Positions 55,321 through 64,000 of a stretch of 64,000 nucleotides of DNA are shown piece by piece (the first letter of the stretch is position 1; each line of letters opens with the position of its first letter). The position numbers and the translations under genes were made by a program. The DNA is from Thermodesulfobacteriota bacterium. Lineage in GTDB: Bacteria; Desulfobacterota; Desulfobacteria; Desulfobacterales; SURF-7. Where the stretch lies: assembly GCA_049320885.1 (NCBI GenBank), contig JBMORA010000033.1:23626-87625 (forward strand). The letters are read 5' to 3'. Below the pieces are notes generated by a model, which saw nothing but the letters and a program-made list of their open reading frames with translations, was not told the DNA's origin and did not search any database.

Positions 55321-58300
55321 GGTATTCCTGTATGGTCCTTACGGACAGTTTTTTGTTTTTCAGCGCGGCGATCCCTTCGCAGACAGCCCGGGCCCCCGCC
55401 ACCGTCGTGGCGTAGGGAATGAAGTATTTCAGCGCCGCCCGCCGGATCAGATACCCGTCCTGCCGGGGTTCATCCCCCAGGCCGGTATTGATAATCAACT
55501 GAATTTCACGATTTTTAATGGCATCCACCGCATGGGGCCGGCCGATGGAAACCTTGTTGATTCGCGCATTCTCAATGCCGTGCTCCGCGAGATAACGCGA
55601 AGTCCCCCGGGTGGCCATGATGCGGAAGCCCATATCCCGAAACTTTTCCGCCACCTTCAGAATGGACGGTTTGTCCTCGTTTTTGACGCTGATGAACACG
55701 GTCCCCTCGGTGGGCAGGTTCTGCCTTGCTCCCAGTTGGGCCTTGGCGAAGGCCGCACCGAAATCCTCTCCCAGACCCATGACTTCTCCAGTGGATTTCA
55801 TTTCCGGACCCAGCAGCGTATCCACTCCCGGGAACCGATCGAAGGGCAGCACAGCTTCCTTAACCGACACATGGGTTGGAATGATTTCCTCGGTAAATCC
55901 GAGCTCCTGCAGCGTGCGGCCGATCATCACCTTGGTAGCCAGCTTGGCCAGGGGAACTCCGGTGGCCTTGCTGACAAAGGGGACGGTCCGCGACGCCCGG
56001 GGGTTGACTTCGATCACAAACAGCTGGTTGTCCTTGATGGCGTATTGAACATTCATCAGGCCGACGACGTTCAGCTCGGCAGCCATGGCTTTGGTGGCGC
56101 GCGTGATCTCGGCCTGCATTTCCGGCGCCACATGCGCGGGCGGAAGCACGCAGGCCGAATCACCGGAATGAATCCCGGCCTCCTCGATATGTTCCATGAT
56201 CCCGCCGATGATGGTGGTCCGGCCGTCGGAAATGGCGTCCACGTCCAGCTCCACCGCATCTTCCAGAAACTTGTCGATGAGCACCGGGTGTCCCGGCGAA
56301 GCCTCGATGGCGAGACGGGTGAAGTTCTCCAGCTCCGATCTTTGATAAACGATTTTCATGGCCCGGCCGCCGAGCACATAGGATGGACGCACAATGACGG
56401 GATAACCGATTTCTTCGGCGATGACGACGGCCCCGGCCGCATCCACGGCGGTTCCGTTCGCTGGCTGCTTCAGCCCGAGCTTTTGCAGCATGGCCTGAAA
56501 CAAGCGCCGGTCTTCGGCCCGATCGATGCTTTCCGGCTGGGTGCCGAGGATGGGCACACCGGCCCGATGAAGTGGAACCGCGAGGTTCAGCGGGGTCTGT
56601 CCGCCGAATTGGACGATGACGCCCATGGGCTTTTCCGTTTCGATGATATGGAGGACATCTTCTTTCGTCAGGGGTTCGAAATACAATTTGTCCGACGTGT
56701 CGTAATCGGTGCTGACCGTTTCGGGATTGCTGTTGACCATGATGCTTTCGACGCCCTCCTCCCGCAGGGCGAAGGAGGCCTGAACGCAGCAATAATCGAA
56801 TTCAATACCCTGACCGATGCGGTTGGGTCCGCCGCCGAGGATCATCACTTTCCGCCGGTCCGTGACCCTTACCTCATTCTCCGTTTCGTAGGTCGAGTAG
56901 TAGTACGGAGTGGCGGCGCGAAACTCGGCCGCGCAGGTATCCACCAGTTTATACACCGGACGGATGCCGGCCGCGTAACGTTGTTGCCGGACAGCCTCAT
57001 CGGTTGCAGCGGTGATATGCGCCAGCTGAATATCGGAAAAGCCGTGGGACTTGGCCTTGCGCAGCAATTCATCCGGCAGGCGTTTTCCCGCATGGGTTCT
57101 CAATTCCGTTTCGAGATCGACGATCTGCCGGATCTGGTATAGAAACCAGGGGTCGATCCGGGTCATCTCGTGGATCTCCTCAATGGACCTGCCGCTCAAC
57201 AGGGCGTCCCGCAGATAAAAATAGCGCTGGGAATTGGGCGTGGACAGCTTCTGTTCGATTTCCGATTTGGACGCCCGGAACGGGTCGATCAGGTCTTTGC
57301 CGTCGGCGCCCAGGCCATGACGGCCGATTTCCAGCGACCGGATGCCTTTCTGAAAGGCCTCCTTGAAGGTTCTGCCGATGGCCATGGTTTCCCCCACGGA
57401 TTTCATGGCGGTGGTGAGATAATCATCGGTCTCGGGAAATTTTTCAAAGGCCCAGCGCGGAATCTTGACCACGCAATAATCCAGGGTCGGCTCAAAGGCC
57501 GCCAGGGTTTCGCCGGTGATATCGTTGGGGATTTCATCCAGGGTATAGCCCACGGCCAGCTTGGCGGCGATCTTGGCGATGGGGAAACCGGTGGCCTTGG
57601 AAGCCAGGGCGCTGCTCCGGGAAACGCGCGGATTCATTTCCACTACGATCATTTCGCCGGTGCGGGGATTGATGGCGAACTGCACGTTGGAGCCGCCCGT
57701 ATCCACTCCGATCTCCCGCATGATGGCGATGGAGGCGTCCCGCATCATCTGGTATTCCCGGTCCGTCAGTGTCTGGGCCGGCGCCACCGTAATGCTGTCC
57801 CCGGTATGAATACCCATGGGATCCATATTTTCGATGGAACAGATGATCACCACATTGTCGTTGTGATCCCGCATGACTTCCAGCTCATATTCCTTCCAGC
57901 CCAACACGGATTCTTCCAGCATCACCTGTCCGATGAGGCTGGCGTCCAGACCGGATTTGGCCAGCAGCTCCAGATCGTCCGGATTGTAGGCCACTCCGCC
58001 GCCGGTTCCCCCCAGGGTGAAACTGGGCCGCACGATGATCGGATAGCCGATTTCCTCGCCGATGGTCCGGACCGCATCCATGTCCTTGGCAAAACCGCTT
58101 TTGGGAATCCGCAGGCCGATTTTCTCCATGGCGTGGCGGAAACGCTCCCGATCCTCCGCTTTCTGGATCGATTCGATGGAGGCCCCGATCAGTTCCACGC
58201 CGAAAAGGTCCAGGATCCCCATCCGGGCCACTTCCACGGCGGTATTCAACCCGGTCTGGCCACCCAGGGTCGGCAACAGGGCGTCGGGACGCTCCTTTTC

Positions 58301-58534
58301 GATGATCTGGGCCACCACCTGGGCGGTGATGGGTTCGATATAGGTGGCGTCGGCCATTTCCGGATCGGTCATGATGGTGGCCGGGTTGCTGTTGATCAGA
58401 ATCACCTTGTAGCCTTCTTCTTTCAAGGCTTTACAGGCCTGGGTGCCGGAATAGTCGAATTCGCAGGCCTGGCTGATGATGATGGGCCCGGCGCCGATGA
58501 TCATGACTTTGTGGATATCTGTACGTTTCGGCAT
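55313..58534 (-). CDS. carB: Carbamoyl-phosphate synthase large subunit
   Basis: 1073 aa with a duplicated ATP-grasp architecture and family-wide similarity from [30 protein letters not shown] onward. Confidence 0.95.
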   Translation of the reverse strand: MPKRTDIHKVMIIGAGPIIISQACEFDYSGTQACKALKEEGYKVILINSNPATIMTDPEMADATYIEPITAQVVAQIIEKERPDALLPTLGGQTGLNTAVEVARMGILDLFGVELIGASIESIQKAEDRERFRHAMEKIGLRIPKSGFAKDMDAVRTIGEEIGYPIIVRPSFTLGGTGGGVAYNPDDLELLAKSGLDASLIGQVMLEESVLGWKEYELEVMRDHNDNVVIICSIENMDPMGIHTGDSITVAPAQTLTDREYQMMRDASIAIMREIGVDTGGSNVQFAINPRTGEMIVVEMNPRVSRSSALASKATGFPIAKIAAKLAVGYTLDEIPNDITGETLAAFEPTLDYCVVKIPRWAFEKFPETDDYLTTAMKSVGETMAIGRTFKEAFQKGIRSLEIGRHGLGADGKDLIDPFRASKSEIEQKLSTPNSQRYFYLRDALLSGRSIEEIHEMTRIDPWFLYQIRQIVDLETELRTHAGKRLPDELLRKAKSHGFSDIQLAHITAATDEAVRQQRYAAGIRPVYKLVDTCAAEFRAATPYYYSTYETENEVRVTDRRKVMILGGGPNRIGQGIEFDYCCVQASFALREEGVESIMVNSNPETVSTDYDTSDKLYFEPLTKEDVLHIIETEKPMGVIVQFGGQTPLNLAVPLHRAGVPILGTQPESIDRAEDRRLFQAMLQKLGLKQPANGTAVDAAGAVVIAEEIGYPVIVRPSYVLGGRAMKIVYQRSELENFTRLAIEASPGHPVLIDKFLEDAVELDVDAISDGRTTIIGGIMEHIEEAGIHSGDSACVLPPAHVAPEMQAEITRATKAMAAELNVVGLMNVQYAIKDNQLFVIEVNPRASRTVPFVSKATGVPLAKLATKVMIGRTLQELGFTEEIIPTHVSVKEAVLPFDRFPGVDTLLGPEMKSTGEVMGLGEDFGAAFAKAQLGARQNLPTEGTVFISVKNEDKPSILKVAEKFRDMGFRIMATRGTSRYLAEHGIENARINKVSIGRPHAVDAIKNREIQLIINTGLGDEPRQDGYLIRRAALKYFIPYATTVAGARAVCEGIAALKNKKLSVRTIQEYHA

Positions 58535-58575
58535 GGTGTCAACTCACATGGCAATGTCCGTTCCCGGCTGACCGC

Positions 58576-59721
58576 TCATCGGGAACGATGCTGTTTCATC
58601 ATGGTGGCAAACTCTTCAAACAGGTATCCGCTGTCATGGGGGCCGGGGGCAGCCTCGGGATGGTATTGCACGGCGAACAGGGGACAGGTGCGATGCCGGA
58701 ACCCTTCGAAAGTGTTGTCGTTCAGATTGATATGGGTGACCTCGATGTCCTTTCCCACCATGCTGTCCGTGTCCACCGCAAAACCATGGTTCTGCGACGT
58801 GATTTCCACCCTTCCGCTGATCAGGTTCTTCACCGGCTGATTGGCGCCCCGGTGACCGAATTTCAGTTTGAAAGTTTTTCCCCCGAGGGCCAGCCCCAGG
58901 AGCTGATTGCCCAGACAAATACCGAAAATCGGACGAAAACCGATGAGGTTGCGGATGGTCGCCACAATATGGGTCAACGGTTCCGGATCCCCTGGACCGT
59001 TGGAAAGAAAAATGCCGTCCGGTTCCAGCTGCTTGACGATTTCCGCCGGGGTGTCGGCCGGGACCACCAGAACCTCGCATCCGGCCCGTTCAAGGCTTCT
59101 CAATATATTGTATTTAATTCCGAAATCGAAGGCCACCACCGAAAAACGGGTATCCCGTTTTTCCCAGATATGCCGGTCCAGCCGGATGTCTTCAGGGTCG
59201 AAGTGAACTTTATCCCGATCCCAGAAATACGGTTTCGGGGTGGTCACCTTGTGTACGAGGTCCAGCCCCGCCATACCGGGAATGGAACGGGCTTTGGCCG
59301 CCAGGGAGACAGGATCCAGATCGGCAGTGGATATCACCGCCCGCATGGCGCCCGCATTGCGGATATGCAGGGTCAGCGCGCGGGTGTCGAAGCTGTCGAC
59401 GCCCATCACGTTTTGGGCCCTCAAATAATCCGCCAGTGAACCGGTGGCGCGGAAATTGCTCAGCCCCGCCTGGTATTCCCTGACCAGAAAAGCCGCCACC
59501 TGAACCCTGTCCGACTCCACATCCTCCGGGTTGACCCCGTAATTGCCGATGAGCGGATAGGTCATGGCCACCATCTGTCCACGGTAGGAAGGATCGGTCA
59601 ACACCTCCTGGTAACCGGACATGGCCGTGTTGAAAACAACCTCTCCGGCGGTTTCCCCCGCGCCCGTGAAACTGCGGCAGGGGAAGGTCCTTCCGTCCTC
59701 TAAAACCAACAGTGCTTCCAT
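58576..59721 (-). CDS. carA: Carbamoyl-phosphate synthase small subunit
   Basis: LVLEDGRTFPCRSFTGAGE..., GICLGNQLL (catalytic Cys), QYHPEA. Start chosen at MEALLVL (the longest ORF starts at 59814). Confidence 0.9.
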   Translation of the reverse strand: MEALLVLEDGRTFPCRSFTGAGETAGEVVFNTAMSGYQEVLTDPSYRGQMVAMTYPLIGNYGVNPEDVESDRVQVAAFLVREYQAGLSNFRATGSLADYLRAQNVMGVDSFDTRALTLHIRNAGAMRAVISTADLDPVSLAAKARSIPGMAGLDLVHKVTTPKPYFWDRDKVHFDPEDIRLDRHIWEKRDTRFSVVAFDFGIKYNILRSLERAGCEVLVVPADTPAEIVKQLEPDGIFLSNGPGDPEPLTHIVATIRNLIGFRPIFGICLGNQLLGLALGGKTFKLKFGHRGANQPVKNLISGRVEITSQNHGFAVDTDSMVGKDIEVTHINLNDNTFEGFRHRTCPLFAVQYHPEAAPGPHDSGYLFEEFATMMKQHRSR

Positions 59722-59904
59722 CGTCAACCCCGTTTTTGACTGATCAGGCGGTATGTCCATGCGCCGAAACCGACGCGAAAGCCTTTTCGGCCGGCAGCCA
59801 TCACCCTGCTTCAACCCCTCCTGAAAAGCATGTCTCCCTTAGCACATTCTGATGATAAATCAATATAAATAGTGCCAAGGCTTCCGTCCACGGAAGGCCA
59901 CCCA

Positions 59905-62265
59905 TCACCCAATGGGCTCATTGGCCGTCAAGCCCCATACTCCGCAGGGGCAGGCCCCGGCGCAGAACCCGCAGCCGATGCATTTATCCCCGTCCACCTC
60001 GTAGGCGTATTCCCCTCCGCCTTTGTCCGTCCGCCGGATGGCTCCCTGGGGGCAGATGGAGACGCAGATTCCGCAATCCCGGCAGTTGCCGCAGGAGGCG
60101 CACTGGGAGCCACATTTTTCGGGGCTCTCCAAATCCGTGATCCTGGGGTCGAAATATTCCAGGGATATCCTGCCGCGATCGATAACACTGCCGGCGGCAA
60201 TCGCGGCTTCACGTCCGGAAAGCAGCGCGTCGATGACCGCGGCGGCTTTCCTTCCGGCGCCGATGGCGTCCGTCAGCAATCCCGGCTTAACGATATCCCC
60301 CACGGCGAAAATTTTCGGATCCGACGTCTGAAAGCGGTCGTCGACTTTGACATATCCTCTCTCCGTATCCACGCTCTCCGGCAGGAAATCCAGGTCCGGA
60401 ATATCCCCGATGGAGATCACCACCAGATCCGCGGGCAATACTTCACCGGTGGTCAACAGAACCCCCTGATCGAGGATTTCCTGTGTGAAACACGGCCAGC
60501 GGAAAACCGCGCCGGCGGCTTCGGCTTCCCGGCGCTCCTTGCCGAAGGAAGCCGGTTCCTGCACATCGATGAGCAGAAGATCCGTCGCGCCCAACCGGTG
60601 GGCTTCCGTGGCGACATCGCAACCGACGTTGCCGGCGCCGATAACCACGACCCGCTGGCCCGGTTTGATCCGGTTTTCCTTGGCGGCCGCCAGGAAGTCC
60701 TGGGCCGTAACCAGTTTCTCCTTGCCGGGTACGGACAGCGTGCGGGCCTTCCGGGCTCCGGCGGCCAGCACCAGATAGTCGAAATCCTGCTTGAGGCGCT
60801 CGGTTTCTTCGCGGGAGAGCCGCTGTTGCAGATGGACATGCGGGATCACCTTGCGGACCCGGTCGAGTTCCGCCGCGAGGACATCTTTCGGAATCCGGGT
60901 CTCCGGAATCAGATGGGAAATCTTGCCGCCCAGGACCGATGACATATCATAGACCACGGCCTCATGTCCCCCGCGGCGCAGCTGCCAGGCAATGGAAATC
61001 CCGGCGGGCCCCCCGCCTACGACGGCAATGCGCCGGCCGCTCAATTCCGGCATTTCCGGCAGCCCGGCCTTGACACTGGCTTTACCGATCTGAGTGGTAT
61101 CCACCGGCATCATCCCGGCAATCTGCCGGGTGCATGCCTGCATGCAGGGGTTGGGGCACAAATAACCGCAAACGGTCGCGGGAAAGGGCGTGTAGGCCAG
61201 GGCCAGATCAACGGCTTCATCAACCCTTCCTTCCCGGATCAGCCGCCAGCGTTCATGGATGGGAATCCCGGTGGGACAGCTGGCTTCGCAAGGCGCCAGA
61301 TAGGTGCGGTTTTCCCAAACCGGGATGAAACGGCGCATATCGCCGGTGGTAATCAGGGGGATCGGACTGCGGTCATTTGTGACCAGATCGCCGATCAACC
61401 CTCCAGCACCGAGCTCCGCATCCCATATATCCTTACGAAAGGAAGCCATGGAACGTCTTTGGGCGGCACCACGCTCCTGGGGCGAACGGGCCCGCAACAG
61501 CTGCCACGACTCCCGGATCCCCAGTTCCCAAAACAGCTCGCTGCGATGGATCCGGGCAAGAAATTGTTTCAAATTTTCCGTCAGCCAGGCCCAATCCTCA
61601 TCCGAAATGGCAATCAACCTGGCGTCACTCTGGCTGAAACCGGCATGGGGGCCCCGGAAAAACACCTGCCCCCCCACCATGCCCACAAAGGGACGATGTC
61701 CAAGGATGTTATTCGGATCCTGAGGGTTCACGCCGCAAATGACCGCCACCCCGCCGGCCATGAACTCCCCGAAATAATCCCCCACCGAACCGAGCACCCA
61801 GACTTGCGGAGGCTCAAAGCGGGGATTGCGCTTGGTCATGGTCATCCCGCGCGCGCCGATATTTCCGGCCACAAAGATTTTCCCCTGGGCCATGGCATTG
61901 GCCAGGCCGTTTCCGGCATGCCCATGAACGACGATTTCAGCGCCGGCATTGAGCCAGCCGACATCATCGGATGCCGGCCCCATGACGTCGATCATCGTAT
62001 TGGGAAAACCGAAAGAGCCAACCCGCTGCCCGGCCTGACCCTCGATTCGGACATGAACCGGATCCGTTCCGGCTTTCCAGAGTCGCCCTCCCAGTCCATG
62101 CTGACCATAGGCTTGAATCAACAGGCGCCGCTTTCCATCGGCCACCGCCCGTTGGATCGTCTCTTCCAGCACCCTCGATTCCAGACGATCGCCCTGCACT
62201 TTTCCCGTTATAACAGTGTATTCATTCTGCATTCCTGCCTCCGAATCACGGCCCGGATTTTCCAT
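59905..62265 (-). CDS. Glutamate synthase-like fusion: GXGXG (GltB C-terminal) domain, GltD-like FAD/NAD(P) oxidoreductase and 4Fe-4S ferredoxin domain
   Basis: N-terminal GQHGLGG...GNGLANAMAQGKIFVAGNIGARG. Central RIAVVGGGPAGIS and VVVIGAGNVGCD dinucleotide folds. C-terminal CxxCxxCxxC clusters. Confidence 0.8.
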   Translation of the reverse strand: MENPGRDSEAGMQNEYTVITGKVQGDRLESRVLEETIQRAVADGKRRLLIQAYGQHGLGGRLWKAGTDPVHVRIEGQAGQRVGSFGFPNTMIDVMGPASDDVGWLNAGAEIVVHGHAGNGLANAMAQGKIFVAGNIGARGMTMTKRNPRFEPPQVWVLGSVGDYFGEFMAGGVAVICGVNPQDPNNILGHRPFVGMVGGQVFFRGPHAGFSQSDARLIAISDEDWAWLTENLKQFLARIHRSELFWELGIRESWQLLRARSPQERGAAQRRSMASFRKDIWDAELGAGGLIGDLVTNDRSPIPLITTGDMRRFIPVWENRTYLAPCEASCPTGIPIHERWRLIREGRVDEAVDLALAYTPFPATVCGYLCPNPCMQACTRQIAGMMPVDTTQIGKASVKAGLPEMPELSGRRIAVVGGGPAGISIAWQLRRGGHEAVVYDMSSVLGGKISHLIPETRIPKDVLAAELDRVRKVIPHVHLQQRLSREETERLKQDFDYLVLAAGARKARTLSVPGKEKLVTAQDFLAAAKENRIKPGQRVVVIGAGNVGCDVATEAHRLGATDLLLIDVQEPASFGKERREAEAAGAVFRWPCFTQEILDQGVLLTTGEVLPADLVVISIGDIPDLDFLPESVDTERGYVKVDDRFQTSDPKIFAVGDIVKPGLLTDAIGAGRKAAAVIDALLSGREAAIAAGSVIDRGRISLEYFDPRITDLESPEKCGSQCASCGNCRDCGICVSICPQGAIRRTDKGGGEYAYEVDGDKCIGCGFCAGACPCGVWGLTANEPIG

Positions 62266-62295
62266 CCCCCATGCCGTTGACCTTCCGCCTGCCGT

Positions 62296-63930
62296 TTACA
62301 CCACATATTTGATTTTCAATCTCTCGGCGGCATTGACATCGTCAATCCCCAGGGCGTCTGACATCCCCACCGGCAGAGAAGTGGAGCGCCCCAGCGGAGC
62401 GATGATCTTTTTCAGTTCCGTATCAAAACTCAAATAGACGTCCACCACCCGCTGGGCCACGTCCTCGGCATTCAGCCGCCGGTAAAGACGGGGATCCTGG
62501 GAGGTGATGCCCTTGGGACAGAGCCCGATGTTGCAGATGTTGCAACGGTCGCCTTCCGATCCCAGGCAACCGGCGGCGGCCTGCATGATATATTTGCCGA
62601 TCTGCACGCCGCTGGCCCCCAGCATGATCAAGGCCGCCGCATTGGCCGCCAGGTTGCCGGTTTTGCCCACGCCGCCCCCGGCAAACAGGGGGATCTCGTT
62701 CTGTTTGCCCAGATTGACCAGGTTCAGGTAACAATCCCGGATATTGCTGGCGATGGGGTGACCCATGCTGTTCATGGAAACATTGTAGGCCGCTCCGGTA
62801 CCGCCGTCCTCGCCGTCAATGGCCAGTCCGGCCGCGTAGGAATTGCGGGTCAGGTTGTTGAGCACCGCCAGGCTTGTCGAGGTCGCGGATATTTTGGGAT
62901 AAACCGGCACCCGGAAGCCCCAGGCCATGTACATGGACTGAATCATCTTGGCCACGGCCTCCTCAATGGAATATTTCGTCTGATGGGTCGGCGGACTCGG
63001 CAGGCTGATCCTCTCGGGAACCCCCCGGATGGCGGCGATCAGCTTGTTGACCTTGTACCACATCAAGAGCCCGCCATCCCCCGGCTTGGCGCCCTGTCCG
63101 TATTTGATTTCCACCGCGCAGGGATCTACTTTCATTTCCGGAATCGCATGAATGATTTCATCCCAGCCGAAATAACCGCTGGCGATCTGCAGGATGACAT
63201 ACTGCAAAAAACGGCTGCGCAACAACCGCGGAGGGCAACCGCCCTCGCCGGTGCACATGCGCACCGGCATTTTCAGCTCCTCATTCAGATACGCCACCCC
63301 CATTTGAAGCCCTTCCCACATGGGCGGAGACAAGGCGCCGAAAGACATGCTGCCGATCACCAGCGGATAGATTTCCCGGACCGGAGGAATCCAGCCGTTT
63401 TCCCGCATATGCTGCAAGCCCTGCTCCGGTGGCAGCACCCTGCCCAGCAATGTCCGGATTTCAAATTCATGCCGGCCGGCATCCAACGCCGGATCTGTCA
63501 GCATGGAAATGCGGATGAATTTGATGCGATCCAGAATCCCGCCCGGCACATTGCGGCGGCCGCCTCGGCTGCGCGGCTGTCCGCCCCGGTTGATGTGATA
63601 AACCAGTTTATCCGCCTCGTCGCTCTTGACGGGGATGATGGCGCCGTTGGGACAGACCAGATTGCACATGGCGCATCCCACGCAGGCATACCCGGGATCG
63701 GTTTTCTGGCGGATACCGTGATACACCTTGAATATGCTGGACGACGCCTTCTCGATACCCAGGGCCGTCTCCACCACCCGTTTGCGGTGGACCCCGAGTT
63801 CAATGGCATTCACCGGGCAGACCGCTGTACAGCTGCCGCACAGGGTGCATTTTTCCTTGTCCCACAGAACCTGCCACGGCAGATCCTTGACGCTCAGTGT
63901 AGATGGGGTAATCGGTCTGTTTGACGGCAT
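62296..63930 (-). CDS. Glutamate synthase-related protein (2x[4Fe-4S] domain plus FMN-binding GltB central domain)
   Basis: N-terminal CTLCGSCTAVCP and CVGCAMCNLVCP. FMN-domain motifs GSMSFGALS, KYGQGAKPGDGG, DGEDGGTGAA. Confidence 0.85.
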   Translation of the reverse strand: MPSNRPITPSTLSVKDLPWQVLWDKEKCTLCGSCTAVCPVNAIELGVHRKRVVETALGIEKASSSIFKVYHGIRQKTDPGYACVGCAMCNLVCPNGAIIPVKSDEADKLVYHINRGGQPRSRGGRRNVPGGILDRIKFIRISMLTDPALDAGRHEFEIRTLLGRVLPPEQGLQHMRENGWIPPVREIYPLVIGSMSFGALSPPMWEGLQMGVAYLNEELKMPVRMCTGEGGCPPRLLRSRFLQYVILQIASGYFGWDEIIHAIPEMKVDPCAVEIKYGQGAKPGDGGLLMWYKVNKLIAAIRGVPERISLPSPPTHQTKYSIEEAVAKMIQSMYMAWGFRVPVYPKISATSTSLAVLNNLTRNSYAAGLAIDGEDGGTGAAYNVSMNSMGHPIASNIRDCYLNLVNLGKQNEIPLFAGGGVGKTGNLAANAAALIMLGASGVQIGKYIMQAAAGCLGSEGDRCNICNIGLCPKGITSQDPRLYRRLNAEDVAQRVVDVYLSFDTELKKIIAPLGRSTSLPVGMSDALGIDDVNAAERLKIKYVV

Positions 63931-64000
63931 AGGTAAGCCTCCTGGCGGTCCGGCGCCACCATGACGGTGTCCAGATGCATGGGTTGAAAGTCCTTGCTCT

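Noticed and set aside
63894-64000. Possible 3' end of an upstream minus-strand gene (frame giving ...SKDFQPMHLDTVMVAPDRQEAYL...) overlapping the start of the FMN-domain gene by about 37 nt.
   Set aside because: All three minus-strand frames are open at the window edge and only about 35 codons are visible. The frame and identity (presumably the amidotransferase domain) cannot be established from this window.

Overview
High-GC (roughly 58-60% by eye) bacterial chromosomal segment. Its gene content looks like an anaerobic Desulfobacterota-type organism: archaeal-type split glutamate synthase, DUF134 with Mrp/NBP35, ApbE, HypE, and many sigma-54/two-component genes. The taxon is inference only. 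Most of the window is ordinary housekeeping: ahcY, trmO, dapF, glnE, hypE, apbE, pabA, a pabB-pabC fusion, hisC, purF, carAB and glutamate synthase-like genes. Two regions stand out. (1) About 21.8-27.7 kb is a low-GC island with no mobility genes. It holds a Phd/VapC toxin-antitoxin pair and an array of N-terminally truncated (orphan) RHS C-terminal toxin cassettes, each followed by a small putative immunity gene. Two families of direct repeats organise it (313 bp at about 97% identity; about 119 bp at about 87% identity, plus a 44-bp tandem duplication), and short RHS core remnants lie at the junctions. No full-length rhs, PAAR, VgrG or other delivery gene is present in the window. (2) About 30.9-50.1 kb is a dense signalling supercluster. 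It has an NtrC-type sigma-54 activator with its kinase and three near-consensus -24/-12 promoters, two of them preceded by a shared TGTAAA-N8-ACA motif. It also has two paralogous Cache-type histidine kinases, six single-domain receivers (four in tandem), and a PAS-only protein with a DHp-like helix whose phospho-His position is Asp. The remaining genes are an elongated TSUP/TauE-like permease, a 2-TM protein, a PpsA-like dikinase without a recognisable TIM-barrel domain, two tandem-USP proteins, a GGDEF cyclase and a small STAS-like protein. No rRNA, tRNA, CRISPR array, transposase or integrase was recognised. Many long antisense ORFs in the track are treated as high-GC shadow ORFs.
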